DNA of 64,000 bases from the human T2T-CHM13v2.0 reference genome, Homo sapiens, in NCBI RefSeq assembly GCF_009914755.1, contig NC_060942.1, one strand, 5' to 3'. This document shows, one piece after another, positions 31,690 to 44,869 of the stretch. The position numbers were made by a program, and so were the translations under genes. Within the stretch, counting starts at the first letter, position 1. Each line of letters opens with the position of its first letter. The notes beneath the pieces are model-generated. The model had not been told where the DNA came from. It ran no database searches and saw only the letters and a list, made by a program, of their open reading frames with translations.

Positions 31690-33200
31690 CCTTAACTGCA
31701 GTCGACGAAATCTCCAGGAAGGATCCTCCTCCCGTTCATTCTCGACGGTGGCGCATCCACTTTCGGAAGGCCGGGCCTCGAAGGGTGGGCGCGCGGGGCA
31801 GGAGCAGGACCACCCCGATGCCCCCATTCCTTCCCGGGAGGCGGGGCCCACAGGCCTGGGGTGCGGCAAGGCAGGAGCCAGTGCCGTGAAGGGCAACCCA
31901 GGGCTGGTCTCCCGCCAACCTGTCTGCAGCCCGAGCACCTGGGCCAGGGGCGGAGACCGGACCAAGGAGGCACCGGGCGCGGCGAACACCCCCGGGGCCC
32001 CTCCCCGAGCGGGGCCCCGCGTCCCACCGCAAACCAGGGGAGCTTGGGCACCACCTGGCTGGCACCGCCGGGCCCGGCCGGAGGGGGGCGCAGGAGGGCG
32101 GCGCGGGGGCAGGTGCGGGGCGGGGCACGGGGGCGGGACCACACAGGGCCGCGGCAGCCGCGCCCGCTGGGCCACAGAGGCCGCTGAGGCCGCGGCGCCC
32201 GCCAGCCTGTCCCGCGCCATGGCCCCGCGCGCCCGGCGGCGCCGCCCGCTGTTCGCGCTGCTGCTGCTCTGCGCGCTGCTCGCCCGGCTGCAGGTAAGGA
32301 GCGCCCGCGCCTGCCGGGCCGCGCGGCCCGACGCCTCCTCGGGAGCCCCGGGAAGGGCCGGGGCCGGCGGCATCCTGGCTCCTCCGCCTTCCGAGAGGAG
32401 CCGGAGTTTTGGGGAGCGGAGGCCGTGGGAAGCTGGGGAGGCGCTTCCAGAGTTGGACGGCGGAGGGCGGGAAAGGGCAAGCGGAGGGAAACTGGGGCGC
32501 AGAAGGAGCAGGTTGGCGGGACCGCAACACCCGAAACGGGCTCTTCCAAAAGCCCCTCTTAGCCGCAGGCTTTGATGCTGTCATTTTCTCCAAATGCTTC
32601 TTGAGCACCTACTAAGCGCTTGCGCCGGGTGGTGCCGCGGGAGACAGCGCCGTGGGCACCTCACTTGCGGCAGATAACCGTTCCCGATACGATTTCTCCC
32701 GGGTGGCCTCCGTCCCAAATTTCCACCCGGAAAGAGACATGATTCCCTCCGTCCCTGAACTGCGGGCTTGCCTTTGCCTCCCCTGAGCCCCTTCGGGGAC
32801 ACCCCTGCCAGCTCGCCTGGAGGCCCCGCACGGCGGGGAGAGACTGCGCGCGCGCCCCGGGGATGCTGGGCTTGCCCCTCGCAGACCCGAGTGGCTTCCC
32901 GGTCCTCTCGGAACAGGTTTCTCAGTACAGTTAGCAAGCGAATGCAGCCAGGCACGGACTTTCTGCCTCGTGGAGGAGGGCCGCAGAGGGAAGCACACCC
33001 AGCACAACAAACGCTTTAAAAATCGTTGATACGAACTTGAAAGCTCTCACAGGGAAGGGCGAGTGGTGGTTTTCTTGGTTTCGGCAGGGTCAGATTTCCC
33101 CTCTGTTAACACTAGGTTAGGCTGCTGCCGTCCCTCCGCAGCCGGGCACGGAACCCGGAGAGGCGTGGGGAGGGACGCATGGAGAATCGTGTTTGGGTGA
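31690..33200. promoter_or_regulatory. TNFRSF11A: CpG island / TATA-less promoter of TNFRSF11A
   Basis: Very high GC and CpG density spanning exon 1; GC boxes at 32117-32126 and 32130-32139. Confidence 0.9.
32219..32293 (+). CDS. TNFRSF11A: RANK coding exon 1, signal peptide MAPRARRRRPLFALLLLCALLARLQ
   Basis: Kozak GCCATGG, 75 nt, CAG|gtaagg donor; peptide recognised. Confidence 0.97.
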
Positions 33201-33689
33201 GAAGAGAGGGGAAAAGCCTTGACAGAAATAATGTGGGTGCACTGAAGGCTGAAGCAAAAGATTCTAGGGAAGATTCATTCCCAATTGTATGGGTCTGTCA
33301 GTATGGTTGAGGGAAACGAAGGCGGAAAAGTCTAAAGGATTTTTTCATTTTAAGCACTTCAGGTGTTGCTTAATTAAGTGTTCAACAGGTTGAACGGGGT
33401 GCTACCTTATTTGAACCAAAGGACCAGGGTTTCAGCGAACAGCTAGCCACCTAAGAAAAACCTGCCTGACCACGCAGTTGCAAAATTATCTCTCACTGCT
33501 GTCGCAAAATGACATATTCATATGTGCATAAAAGGCGTTCGGTTCTAATATGAACAACAAATGCTATCAAAATAAGTTTATTTTTCAGGGAGACCTTTCA
33601 ACAAATGCTGTTTCCCGTCTTTTTGCCTTTAAGCCCCTTTCATTATGCATGTTTAAAAATGTAAACTTTTGCATTGGTCATTTCCAATT

Positions 33690-34270
33690 CTAGGGGAGCG
33701 AACCTTCTAGGAACCTTATGAATTCCTTGGCTGGGCCACGAATTCAATTGATATAAGACAGACTAACAGGAGAAAAACTGTACTTAATTACATACATAGG
33801 CACAGGACTCCTACAAAATAAGAGACTTGAGGAAGGGTCAGATGATTGAAGCTCATTATAGCATCCATAGGGGCTTCTGCAGGGTGCTGCAAAACAGATT
33901 TTGGGGCGGGTTTGGGGAGGAAGCATATGGTGAGTAAAGGACATCTTGTCAGGCACATAAAAGATTCTCAGGCAATAAAAATGGTCTCTGACCAGCCCTT
34001 GGGAGAATAGGTGAGAGCCTGTGTGGGCTGGTGTCAACCTCCTGTCTCCTCTCCTGTAATCGGAGTTAATCTTCTCTGGGTGAGAATCTTCTCTGGGTGA
34101 GAAGATTCCCACGGCGGAGATTTGAGACATTTGAGTTCGTTTTGGAGGATCTTTCTTTGGGCAGAGTTCAGAGAAACCTCTGCCCGTGGCCACTACCACC
34201 TGCCCTGAGTTCAAAATAATCAGCACACCATAGTGGCATATTTTGGGGTGGCATTTCCTGAACTCCTTCA
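33690..34270 (-). mobile_element. ERV1 LTR (MER34-like)
   Basis: Minus strand starts TGAAGGAGTTCAGGAAATGCCACCCCAAAATATGCC. Confidence 0.7.
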
Positions 34271-37200
34271 CAATCAAGTGACATTGGAATGCTTTTCTGC
34301 TTATTTTACTTGGTGCCCAACCTTCCCAGTAGAAATGCATTTTCTCTCAAAGGTGAGACTAGATGCAGCCTTAAAATAATATTTCCTAGAGATACTGTGG
34401 TTATCTAGGAAAAAGCTCTCTCTGTATTCAATGACTGCTTGTTTGGCCAGCCTATTCCATTAGCTCAAAATTTAGGAATGGCATTGACAGTTCATTGAAG
34501 ATGTTAATGATCAAACACCAGGCAAGACTTCAGGAACTGCCTAGTGGGTAAATTGGTTTTGCAAAATAGTTGGCATAAATGGCTTCCAGAAAGTGCCTTA
34601 TCTGTAGGGATCGTATTTAGTTTCATTTTTATTATATTAAATAGGTTCAAACTTACCTGAAAGGCTATAAGTTTTGCCCTTTAAAACATTTCTATGATTA
34701 TATCTCTGCCTGCTTGTATTTGTGAGGGAATTCATTTTCAGATAGAATAAAACTATTTGCCTACAGATAAAAACATTTTGAATTTTTATGTAGCTAGTCC
34801 TGCTGTTTATTCCAGGTAACAAAATATAGATGCACACTGTTTTCATTAAGGTAATGGATTGTACACGGTCATGTTTATCTGGGGTTATAAGATGCAAGAG
34901 CAGGTGCGTGCATACGCAGGACAACAGACATTGGTGGTGTCAAACACTGTGCTAATGAGGAATAAGGGGAAGGCGCATGGGTCACAGTCTAGTGGAGAGC
35001 GCCAGATGGGAAAAGCTGTGATGATAAGAGAGCAGCAAATGATAAGAAAAGTACAGAGGGTGGCAGAGGAAGGGAGAGAGGGAGGAGGGGAGGGAGAGAG
35101 GGAGGGAGGACCGCTGGAGGAATCCCTAAGGACTTCGGGATGAAGGGGTTTCCCAAGTGGTCTTGGAAAGATGTGTGGGAAACCAGAGGTCAGGGAAGAA
35201 ATGATTCTAGGAGGTGGGAAGAAAGCTCCCTATGTTGGGAGGATGGTGTGAATGCTTTAGACCTAAAAGAATCTTACAGAAAGAAAGAAAAAAAAAAAAC
35301 AACCATATATTTTTATGACCTTGCAGATAGCACAAATCACCTAATTCAGGAAACCCCCACCAAACAAATTGGGCATTGAACTTTTATAGTTTTGAGGTAA
35401 CTCTTGGATGGCCCTTACTGAGGTGGTAAAGTCGACTAATCAGAAGCAGGCCACAGGGCCCTGGAGCGCCCATGGGGAGACCCCTCCGAAGAAATCCCCC
35501 AGGGTGTGACTCTGGGTCATAGGGTGGGTGGGTGCTCTGTGCCACCTTTCCTCCTGCCCCCCATCCCATCCGAGAGGGGAGACATGGATATATGCAGTCA
35601 TGCCTTGTTTGGGGAGCACAGACACAGATCTGTGGGCTTACAGTTCATTTTGCTGAGAAATATTTCAAATGCCTCCCCTGTTATTTCCTTTCTACCACTT
35701 CCCCCTAAAATGGCAAACCTGTAATAGGAACATACTCCCTGTGTTGATAAGGAAATAGCTTGCTTTTTCAGTTATCTACCAGAACTTCTTACATCAGGAA
35801 AACTGAAACAATAAAAATGTGCCTTTGGAGGTCAATAAATCAGTGTTTTATGAGGACATGAAAAGGGGAGTTCCAAAGCAGGGCCTCCTCTGCAAAGAGT
35901 GTTGTTTTAAGAAGGGGTAGTGTGGACTTCGTCTGCCATGTCAATATTAAAATTTCCCCCATTGTATTTTCCTATTTTTGAAGTTCATGGAAAAAAAAAT
36001 AGTGTTTTTCCCACATGCTGTATCCAGTGGTCTCTAGGAATGTTGTCTAGGCCATTTTTTGGTTTGTTTTTTGTTTTTTTGGCTGATGTGAGTCTGCAGC
36101 CCATCCTGATGGTACGCAACTGTCCAGGTGGTTCACTCCCTAGGGCATCTGCCCCCTGGCCAGGTGGCCCATGGCCTGACTGCTGTCTCCTCACAGCATC
36201 CTGGCCTTAGTCCACAGGGAAGCACACCTGCCTCTGAGCACACAGGCTGCTGACTCCAGCTCAGTGCACCCCAGGACTGGCATGGGTAGGATTCTGCCCA
36301 GCAGGTGATTTTTCCTCTGAGTACCCTTTCATTCTCTGCCCGGATTGTGGGACGGCCTTTCTGTGTATTTCCCTCTAGTTGCAGTGTGGGGCTTTCTATG
36401 GTGTCCACTGCTGGAAACACAGTTTAAGTTCAGCTCACCCTTTGTGCCCCAAAACGCTAAGCTTGAAAGAACCAAGAAGGAGCCGTGGGTTTCAGCAAAA
36501 TAGCCTTGATCCCTCTGAAGTTCTTAGTGAACTTTTGAGGTTTAAAACCGAGTGGGTGTGGAGCAAGATTACGCACAGCCCCATATCTCTGTCCTGATTC
36601 TGAGAGACACTCTATTTCCTGCCTGCGAGACCAACCTGGCAGCGCTCCCCAGGCAGGCTGCCTGTCTGCCTGGGTCACCAGAAGCTCCTTGTCAGAGGGC
36701 TGACTGGTGCTGCTGTTCTCACTGTGTCACGTTCCAGTCGCAGTGTGCTCTCACGCCAAGAAGCCCAAAGCAGCCCCAGTCAGCAGTGGGAAGTACATTC
36801 TTTAGGGCCGTGTGATGATGACTTTATATATGTGTTTGTTTTGTGAGCCACCGTCGACTTTCAGCCTTTGAGTGCTTTGGGTCACTGCTTGCAGGCCACA
36901 GCATTCGATAATGAGAAAATAAACCTGAATTTGTGTTCAATGCATTCAGTGACTGCAACAAATGGAGTACCCACAACCTGTAGCACACTCTGCAGTGGAC
37001 TGAGGAAACAGAGACCAAGGGCCACAGCTCCTGTCTTCAGGAGATTGGCAGTCCAGGTGTGTGCAGACGATTAAAAGACAGCAGGATCCGGTGTTCTGGG
37101 GAGGGTTTTCAACTTGTCGTGGGCACACAGGATAAGGAGTGCCTTCACCTGAAAGTGTCAGAGAGGACTTCCCATCCTTCCTGTGTGGTCACATGTGTCT

Positions 37201-37678
37201 AAAGCTCTGCAGACCGCATGAGAGAACAGCTCTTAGGCTGGGGGTTCCAGAATGACCAGTGCTTTGTCTGGCGGTGAGAACAGCAGGGACTCGCATCAGA
37301 GTGGAGTGTTTGCAGGGAACCGAAGGAAGGACAGGATTCCTGGACTCAGGGGTGTGGGGAGAGAGGAAGGCAAAAGCCAGCACTCAAAGGCTTTAGGTAC
37401 AAGCAAATAGTTCAGATTTAATATTGAGCTGTGAGCTGGAGAGGGCCATGATCAGTTTTGTGTATTAGGGGAAGAGTGTCCAGGGGCGGGCCGGAGGGGG
37501 CCAGTAAGGAGCCTACTGCCTTGGTTTGGGAAAGGGCCTGAATCAGGTCAGGGCAGTGGCGAGAGAAGGAGAATCTGAGTACAGGGGCGATTTCAGAGCC
37601 AGTGGGGCTGTGCAGGGGCAGAAGGTGCAGGGGCAAAGGACGGATGTGGCTGGTTATTAGAAAAAAAAAGACATGGCA

Positions 37679-37776
37679 GGCAGGTCTGAGTGCAATGGTG
37701 TTTACAACCAATTAATCACAACCAGTTAACAGATTTATTTGTTCCTTCTCCACTCCCACTGCTTCACTTAACTAGT
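37679..37776 (+). pseudogene. Y3 RNA (RNY3-derived) processed pseudogene
   Basis: Colinear with recalled hY3 (GGCTGGTCCGAGTGCAGTGGTGTTTACAAC...CCACTCCCACTGCTTCACTTGACTAG) with under ten differences; followed by A-rich tail; TSD AAGACAYGGCA. Confidence 0.93.
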
Positions 37777-37791
37777 AAAAAAATAAAATAA

Positions 37792-38109
37792 GGCCGGGTG
37801 TGGTGGCTCACGCCTGCAATCCCAGCACTTTGGGAGGCCAAGGTGGCAGATCATGAGGTCAGGAGTTTGAGACCAGCCCGACCAACATGGTGAAACCCCG
37901 TCTCTACTAAAAATAAAAAAATTAGCCTGGCGTGAGGGTACATGCCTGTAATCCCAGCTGCTCGGGAGGCTGAGGCAGGAGAATCGCTTGTATCCAGGAG
38001 GTGGAGGTTACAGTGAACCGAGTGGCACCACTGCACTCCAGCCTGGGTGACAGAGCGAGACTCCATCCCAAAGTAAATAAATAAATAAATAGTAAATAAA
38101 TAAATAAAT
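37792..38109 (+). mobile_element. Alu (AluSg-like) with (TAAA)n tail
   Basis: GATCATGAGGTCAGGAG motif; directly follows the Y3 tail. Confidence 0.92.
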
Positions 38110-40090
38110 AAGACACGGCAGATGTCAGGACAAAAAAGCTGGCTGTTTGGGTTACATTTTTCACTTTATTAAGGAAATTGCTGTCTTAGTCCAAATCAAA
38201 ATGTTGTTCTGGTTCAAGTGAAGAAGTGTTGTTGTTTTTCCCAAACAAAAAAGAAGGATTACGTTTAGGCTCTTGAATCTCCCCTTTTTTGGGTTCTCTT
38301 ATTGGGAGGCAGAGACAAAGTTCATTAGACCCTGTAGAGGCAAACATGGTAAAAGCCCCGTGGCATTGTGCTGTGCAGGGAACTTGCAGGCTCTGACATC
38401 TAGAGAGCCATTGCCAGACCTAGAGATGTCTTGGAATGAGAAGTTCAGCGTAGAGACAGAGCTCTTAACACACACTGAAGAGAGATAAACAGCCAGTGAT
38501 CCCCAGAGAGTCACATCAGAGCAGAGGCAGGTGTGACCTGACCTGTGGTCTTCCCACACTGGCCTCAAATATGTCACCTAACCCCAAAAGAAGCAGTGTT
38601 TATGTTGGACCAAGAGCTGCGCAAAAACTGTTTGCTTGCATGATACACATTTTCCTGGCACATTGCCGCTGCCTAAGATGAGCGTTTCCCTTCCTCTGTG
38701 TCCAGTGCCTCTTAGACTTCCCCATACCCCCAAAAAATCCTGACCCAGCAGGTGACACGGAGGCCCGTCTGGCACCAGCAAAGGGACAGAGCTGCCAGAT
38801 TTCCAAGTATCAGGAAGACCTGACTGTAAAAACCACCCTTTTAGTTCATCAAAGTAATAATAACTTATTACATTTCCTGTTGAGAGTGTTGAGAGTACAA
38901 GAGCCACTTCCTCAAGCTATCAGAAATTTGAAGACTTTCCATGAAAAATGAGGAAGAAAAACTCTGTTTAGCTCTTGGTGAATGTGATGGCTAAGCTGGG
39001 CAATGGGGAAAGATTGTGTGGCATTGCCAGAAATCCTACTGGCACCACTGTGTTGGCTGGTTTGGGGTTCGCATCACATCCCACAGATGGGAAATGGACC
39101 ACTTCCCTAAAGTATTGACTTTTTAAAAATATGTATTACTTACCTAATGCAGTTAGCACCTAACTTAATAGTGTATCACGTAGTAGCACAAACAGCTGGC
39201 AAATTCATAGCCAGTAAAAGAGACGTTTAAAGGCCCCTGTCTTCTCTCAACTTCATAGTCAGATATACAAGCAGGATCACATCTAACACTTTCATGGTAA
39301 TTGAGAATCGATTCCATTTTTAAAGCTTAGTCGAGATTATTCACTTCTGCCCTTGCTAACCCGTTTCCTTGTTGAATAATTCCTAATATCAGGAACTTCC
39401 CTCTAACAGACCTAAATCTAACATGTCACAATTTGACCCCATTTCCTCAAATTTGTTCTTTAATGGGGTAAAAACCAGTTGGTCAATGTCTTCTTTATTT
39501 TAATATTTCTATTGTTGAAGATTGTTAGCCCACAACTTCCCCTTCCCCAGGGTTATTCATTCCAGTTCCTTTAACCTCTTTGTAAACTTTTTTTTTTCTT
39601 TTCAATTCAACGAGATACTTTTTTTGGATTTACTGGCAAAAAAGCCAACAACCCCAAACCAAACAAAACCCACCAAGTATTTTGGGAACATCAGACTCAG
39701 GACGTTGCTGCCTCTGACTTCAGAGAGGCTGAGATCTGATGGGGAAGGTCGGATGTCCCATTCTTCGTTCCCACGGAGCCCCACAGGAGGAACACATGAG
39801 ATGCCTCTAGGACACAGGCATGGGAAGGATGAGTTCCGAGTGGAGAATCGGGCAGGGGGTGTTTGATCTGGTCCTGGAAGGATGGGTGTGATTCTGAGAG
39901 GAAAAGAGAGCTGGAGGGAGAAGGGCAGAGGTGGTGACAGGCATGAGAAAATCATGTCCCGCCCTGATGTGTGGAGCCCAGGACTGATGACAGGTACCGG
40001 GGAAGGATAAAGCCAGCTGGGAAAGTCCTGGAGGCCTGGATCACAAAGGGCTTGCGAATAAACCTCCAGAACTGGGACTCTGCCCTGAAG

Positions 40091-40272
40091 CCAGGGGTTC
40101 TCCAACTGTGGGGTCTGGGCCCAGCATCAGTCTCCCCCGGGAACTCGTTAGAAATGCACCTTCTTATGCCCCCCACCTACCGAATCAGAAACTCTGGGGG
40201 TGGGGGCCAGCAGTCTGTGGCTTCACAACCTCTCCGCTGATTCTGACACATGCTCAAGTTTGAGAACAGCTG
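40091..40272. mobile_element. MER5A-like MITE
   Basis: CAGGGGTTCTCCAAC...AATCAGAAACTCTGGGGGTGGGG...TTTGAGAACAGCTG. Confidence 0.7.
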
Positions 40273-40733
40273 CTAGAGACCCCGGGATTCCATGAAAAGG
40301 TTTGCACTCAGCTCTGACAATATTAGAAGATTAATATATTACAAGTACCGGCCATCTGTTGAACCCCTCCTGTGTGCCAGGCATGTACTTTACACGGATT
40401 ATATCTAATGCTCACTCCACCTTGCTAGTAAGTTGAGAAAACTGAGGCACAGAGAGACTGATTAACTTGCCTGAGTTTGCACAGCTAGTGAGTGGCAGAG
40501 CTGGAGCTCCTACCAGGCAGCGCTCCAGTGACTGTGGTCTTCACCCCTCAGGTAAACTGCTTGTATAGTCAACTCTGTGATGGGGTAGGGAGTAGAGAAA
40601 GGGACCTCCCAGAATGGTGGGACAGAAAGCTTTTTGGTATTTGGGGACACCCATGCAAATGCGTGCCCAGTCTGCATTTGTGGGGGTCTGTCTTGTCTGC
40701 TCAAGTATGTACTCACTGAGGGCTTTCTAGAAC

Positions 40734-41029
40734 TTTTTTTTTTTTTGAGAAGGAGTCTCACTCTGTCGCCTAGGCTGGAATGCGGTGGTGCCATCTTGGC
40801 TCACTGCAACCTCCGCCTCCCCCATTCAAGCAATTCTCCCTGCCTCAGCCTCCCGAGTAGCTGGGATTACAGGTGCTCGTCACCATGCCAGTCTAATTTT
40901 TGTATTTTTAGTAGAGACGGGTTTTCGACATGTTGGCCAGGCTGGTCTTGAACTCTTGACCTCAAGTGATCTGCCCGCCTCGGCCTCCCAAAGTGCTGGG
41001 ATTGCAGGCATGAGCCACCGCGCCTGGCC
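40734..41029 (-). mobile_element. Alu (AluS)
   Basis: Full antisense Alu; TSD TCTAGAACT. Confidence 0.92.
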
Positions 41030-41991
41030 TCTAGAACTATTCTTAAGCAGAAATGGCAATGCTGTGTCTTTAAGGCTAATCCAGATAAAAGGCACTCCAG
41101 GCACTCTTGGCACAGGGTCCATGTGCCAGTTGATCCCTGACTCAGGAGGAAAAGAAGTGTATGTCTTGAATCACCACCACTTCCTGAAGCCAAGGCAGCA
41201 CTGGCTCGTCTATGCCCCACACCCCAGAGTTAGACTATACCGTACCACTGTGCTGTAGCCCTGGGTGTACCGCCTCAGAGGGTCGCATCTCTCCACGCGT
41301 GTTCATCCCACTCCCACCACCTGCCAGGCTCTGTGTAGGGTGGGAGGAGGGAGAAGGATGGCCTTGGAGCCCCAGGGCAGCAGACAGTGATAGGTTAAAC
41401 CTTTGCCCTCATAAGCTTTCGGAAGTAGGTAGTTATATTTTTAAAGGTCCTTTATGTCTTAGTCTTACTACAATTATAGTTAATCTGGGGACTCTTCCCT
41501 TGATGAGAATAACCTGGGCTCCTCTTTTGACATGTCTCTACCATGGAACAAATCAAAATCATTTTCTATTACTAACTTTTTTTGATCCCTTAAAATACAC
41601 TTTCTAAGTAGTAAGAGAAAAGTTCAAATAAGAAAGAGGGTCAGAACACACATGGCCTCTGGGTCACGGTCAGTCTCAAGCTTTTACTTGGAGTGAGATC
41701 AGGAGACACTAGCAGGGTTTAGGGGGAGAATGACAACATGGTGTCACTAATGCACAGTGGCCAGAAATCTAGCAGCAGATCCCCAAAACCTATGACAATG
41801 GACTGTGAGATCGAGGGGGCAGTTAAATTCAGTGAAAACACAGCTGGAACCTCTGTCTTAAACCTTAACCTATTAACTTCTGTGGGTCACAAGGTTTAAA
41901 AGTGGGAAATTGCCCCTTTCTAATGGGCTGAAGTTTCTGTGCTCCAGTTGGGTCCAGTTGGAGGTCCCTGTGACCAAGCCACTGGGGTTGG

Positions 41992-41993
<2 letters not shown>

Positions 41994-42027
<34 letters not shown>

Positions 42028-42287
42028 TTACCCAGGCTGGAGTGCAGTGGCGCGATCTCAGCTCACTGAACCTCGCTTCTCGGGTTCAAGCAATTCTCCT
42101 GCCTCAGCCTCCCAAGTAGCTGGGATGACAGGTACCTAACACCACATTTGGCTAATTTTTTTTTGTATTTTTAGTAGAGACAGGGATTTACCATATTGGC
42201 CAGTTTCGAACTCCTCACCTCAGGTGATCCACCTGCCTTGGCCTCCCAAAGTGCTGGGATCACAGGCATGAGCCACCACGCCTGGTC
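41994..42287 (-). mobile_element. Alu with T33 tail and small internal deletions
   Basis: T run 41994-42026, then Alu body lacking the GAGACGGAGTCTCGCTCT segment. Confidence 0.9.
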
Positions 42288-44869
42288 TGGGATCCAATTT
42301 CCATGTAAAATTGCAAAAGACCAAGCACCAGAAGGCATAACCAGTCATCTTAACTGTGTGGGGCAGTCCTCATGGGTAAGGGGACTCAAGGTGGTGGGCA
42401 CCTGCCCCTCTGCACCCAAGGGGTGAGGTCACGCAGAAGAGGCCTCATGGGAGGCTCTCCATTTCCTGGCATGAGTGACGGGCACGAAGAGGCTGAAACA
42501 GCTGTGTCTCCTGTTAGGCAGCCCCGTGTTCAGTCCTTATTAGAAAAGAGAGTTTCAGCCCAGAAAGAGATTGCTAATCTTGATTTTGCAACCCTCTTCC
42601 CTCAGGGTATCTCGGATTTTGTCCCAAATCAGTGGAGTCTTTCCAAGGGCGTGCTTGGGAGTGTGAATTTGATTCAGTGCTAGAAGGAAACTGTTACAGT
42701 CTTCTGTATAGGGAAGTTATGAGGTTACAGTGGTCTTTGAGAAAAATTATTTATTAATTTATCAAGTATTTGAATATTTGCTACATGCCTAGCACTGTTC
42801 CAGTCTCCTTATCACCAGCCATCTCAGCAAGTTGATTAATCTCTCTTGGGAGGATGCAGGAAGGGAAGGGAAGCCAGGCCTCCAAGCACAGTGCCTGGCA
42901 CGTAGTAGATATTTCACTAGGGCCAATTCTTCCTATACCCCCATTCATCAATAGATAAATAGATAAAAGGTGTCCAGGGATGGGAGAGGTGGTTCTCAAT
43001 GTCTGTTGTACAGTCAGAGATGACTATGCAGTGTTTGGAAATAGGAGAAAGTCCTGGTTTTTGGTTTTCAATAAAATCTCTAGCCTGCTCCTCAGAGACC
43101 GGCATTGACCTTGCCTGGGAGCTTGTTAGGAATGTAGTCTCAGGCTCTGTTCCAGACCCAGGGAATCAGAACCTGCATTTTAATAAAATTTTCAGGTGAT
43201 TCTGCGCACATTGGAGAAGCACTGGATTTCACCCTAAAGGCTGGGCAGTGAAGGAAGGGAGGGCAGCAGGTAAGGGGAATGCTTCCTCCTTCAGTCACTT
43301 TGGGGACTCCTGGCCTGAGCAGTTCGTGCAGCCCCAGCATGGAAGCAGAGCCTAGAGGGACGTGGCCTCCAGCCGGGGGTGCACTCTCAGAAGTGACCAC
43401 AGGGCTTGTTGGCTTCTACTACGGAAAAGAAGAGAAAGCAGTTCTTATCTGAAATGAATACAAAGTTAAAGAAAAAAACAAACCCCAAGAATGACAATGT
43501 AAAAAGGCTTTCACACTGGGAGAATAAAGGGGCATTCACTGGAGCCTGTGGAAATAGGGGTGCATCGTAACATAAGGACAAGTCAAAGCCATCCTAATTA
43601 CTGTATTGAGGAAACAACCGGCCTTGCCCTTGGATTCCAGGTAGCCCAGGGCTGCAGACTCTTCACTCTTATCTCTCTGGAAGACAAAGACACTTGCAAT
43701 TAAAGTTTTGAAACGCAAGCTTGTTTCTTCATTTTCCCTTGGGCCATATGTTTTCTTTTCAAGGAGCAGAGATAATAAATGCATTGTGAGGGGAGTAAGG
43801 CAGAGGGCTGAGTAAAAATCAACAGACCATTGATGGGCGCCTGAGTCAGTGCTGTGCGCTTTCTTTCCTTTAAGAAGCACATCTGGAATCAAGGTGGTCA
43901 GAGGGGGAAATGCTGATGGGCCCAATAACAAGCAACTTTCAAGACGGTGTATAAAGTCAATTGTGCAGTTTGCTAAATCAGAATGGTGAATATGTCAGGA
44001 CTTCTAATCACAGTTACCTATATTTTTAAGTTTTTGTTTTTTATCAAACCCGACCTAAGTTAGATTTTTTTTCTGTGCATACTATATATTCCAAAAAAAG
44101 AACTTGTGACAAAATGGTTAATATGGCAAATTTTTATGTTATGTGTATTTTATCACAATTAATAATATATGTTTTAAAAATCTAGTGGCAAAGGTGGTAA
44201 TTCCTGCCTGCTAATGAAAATAGCATGAAGTGCCTAGTATTTAAACCTTTATGGGGTAATGGCAATGTCCAATATGATCAATACCACACAATTCTGACGG
44301 TATGGGTGTATATTAACTCACAATGCGTATAAATTAGTAATCAGTTATGTGACCTTATACCCTACCCACCTCACACTGCACTTAGTCACACGGGCTATCT
44401 TGCTGTTTCTCCGTCAAGCCGTGCATGCTTCCTCCAAGGGCCTTGGCAAATATGTCCACCTGTAATCCTCCTCCTGGCACGTGCTGTACATTTGGCTTGT
44501 TCCCTGGCTTTAAGCAGGACTCCACTCAAATGTCATCTTCTCAAAGAGGCTTCCTGTAATCATACCACCACCTTACATAGATTGTTTCACTTTTTTCATG
44601 ACAATTGTTGCGACCAGATTTCCTTATCTGTTTACTTATAGTTGTTCTTCTCCCCTGGACTGTAAGCCAGGACTCTCTCGGTTGAGTTCTATCCCCTGTA
44701 TCCAGAGGATCTGAAATTGTCCCTGGCGCATAGTATGTGTTCACTTAATTGGGAAATAAATGAATGTGTATCTGATTGGTCGACTTTCAGGTTGTGAATT
44801 CAGTCAGTGTTGTCAGCAGCTAAATCAAATCCTGTGAACAGAACTAGGCAAAATTAAATTACCCTATGA

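Noticed and set aside
31748-32575. 275-aa + ORF containing the RANK signal peptide
   Set aside because: Only 32219-32293 is exon; the upstream part has no in-frame ATG and lies in the promoter, and the downstream part is intron 1
31435-32608. Three long minus-strand ORFs (312, 285 and 290 aa)
   Set aside because: Pro/Ala/Gly/Arg-rich shadow frames expected from stop-codon scarcity in a CpG island; no recognisable domain
33744-34340. 198-aa minus-strand ORF
   Set aside because: Lies within an LTR; no gag/pol/env or other similarity seen
35066-35110. Polypurine GGGA/GAGA tract
   Set aside because: Short, common low-complexity sequence; no supporting context
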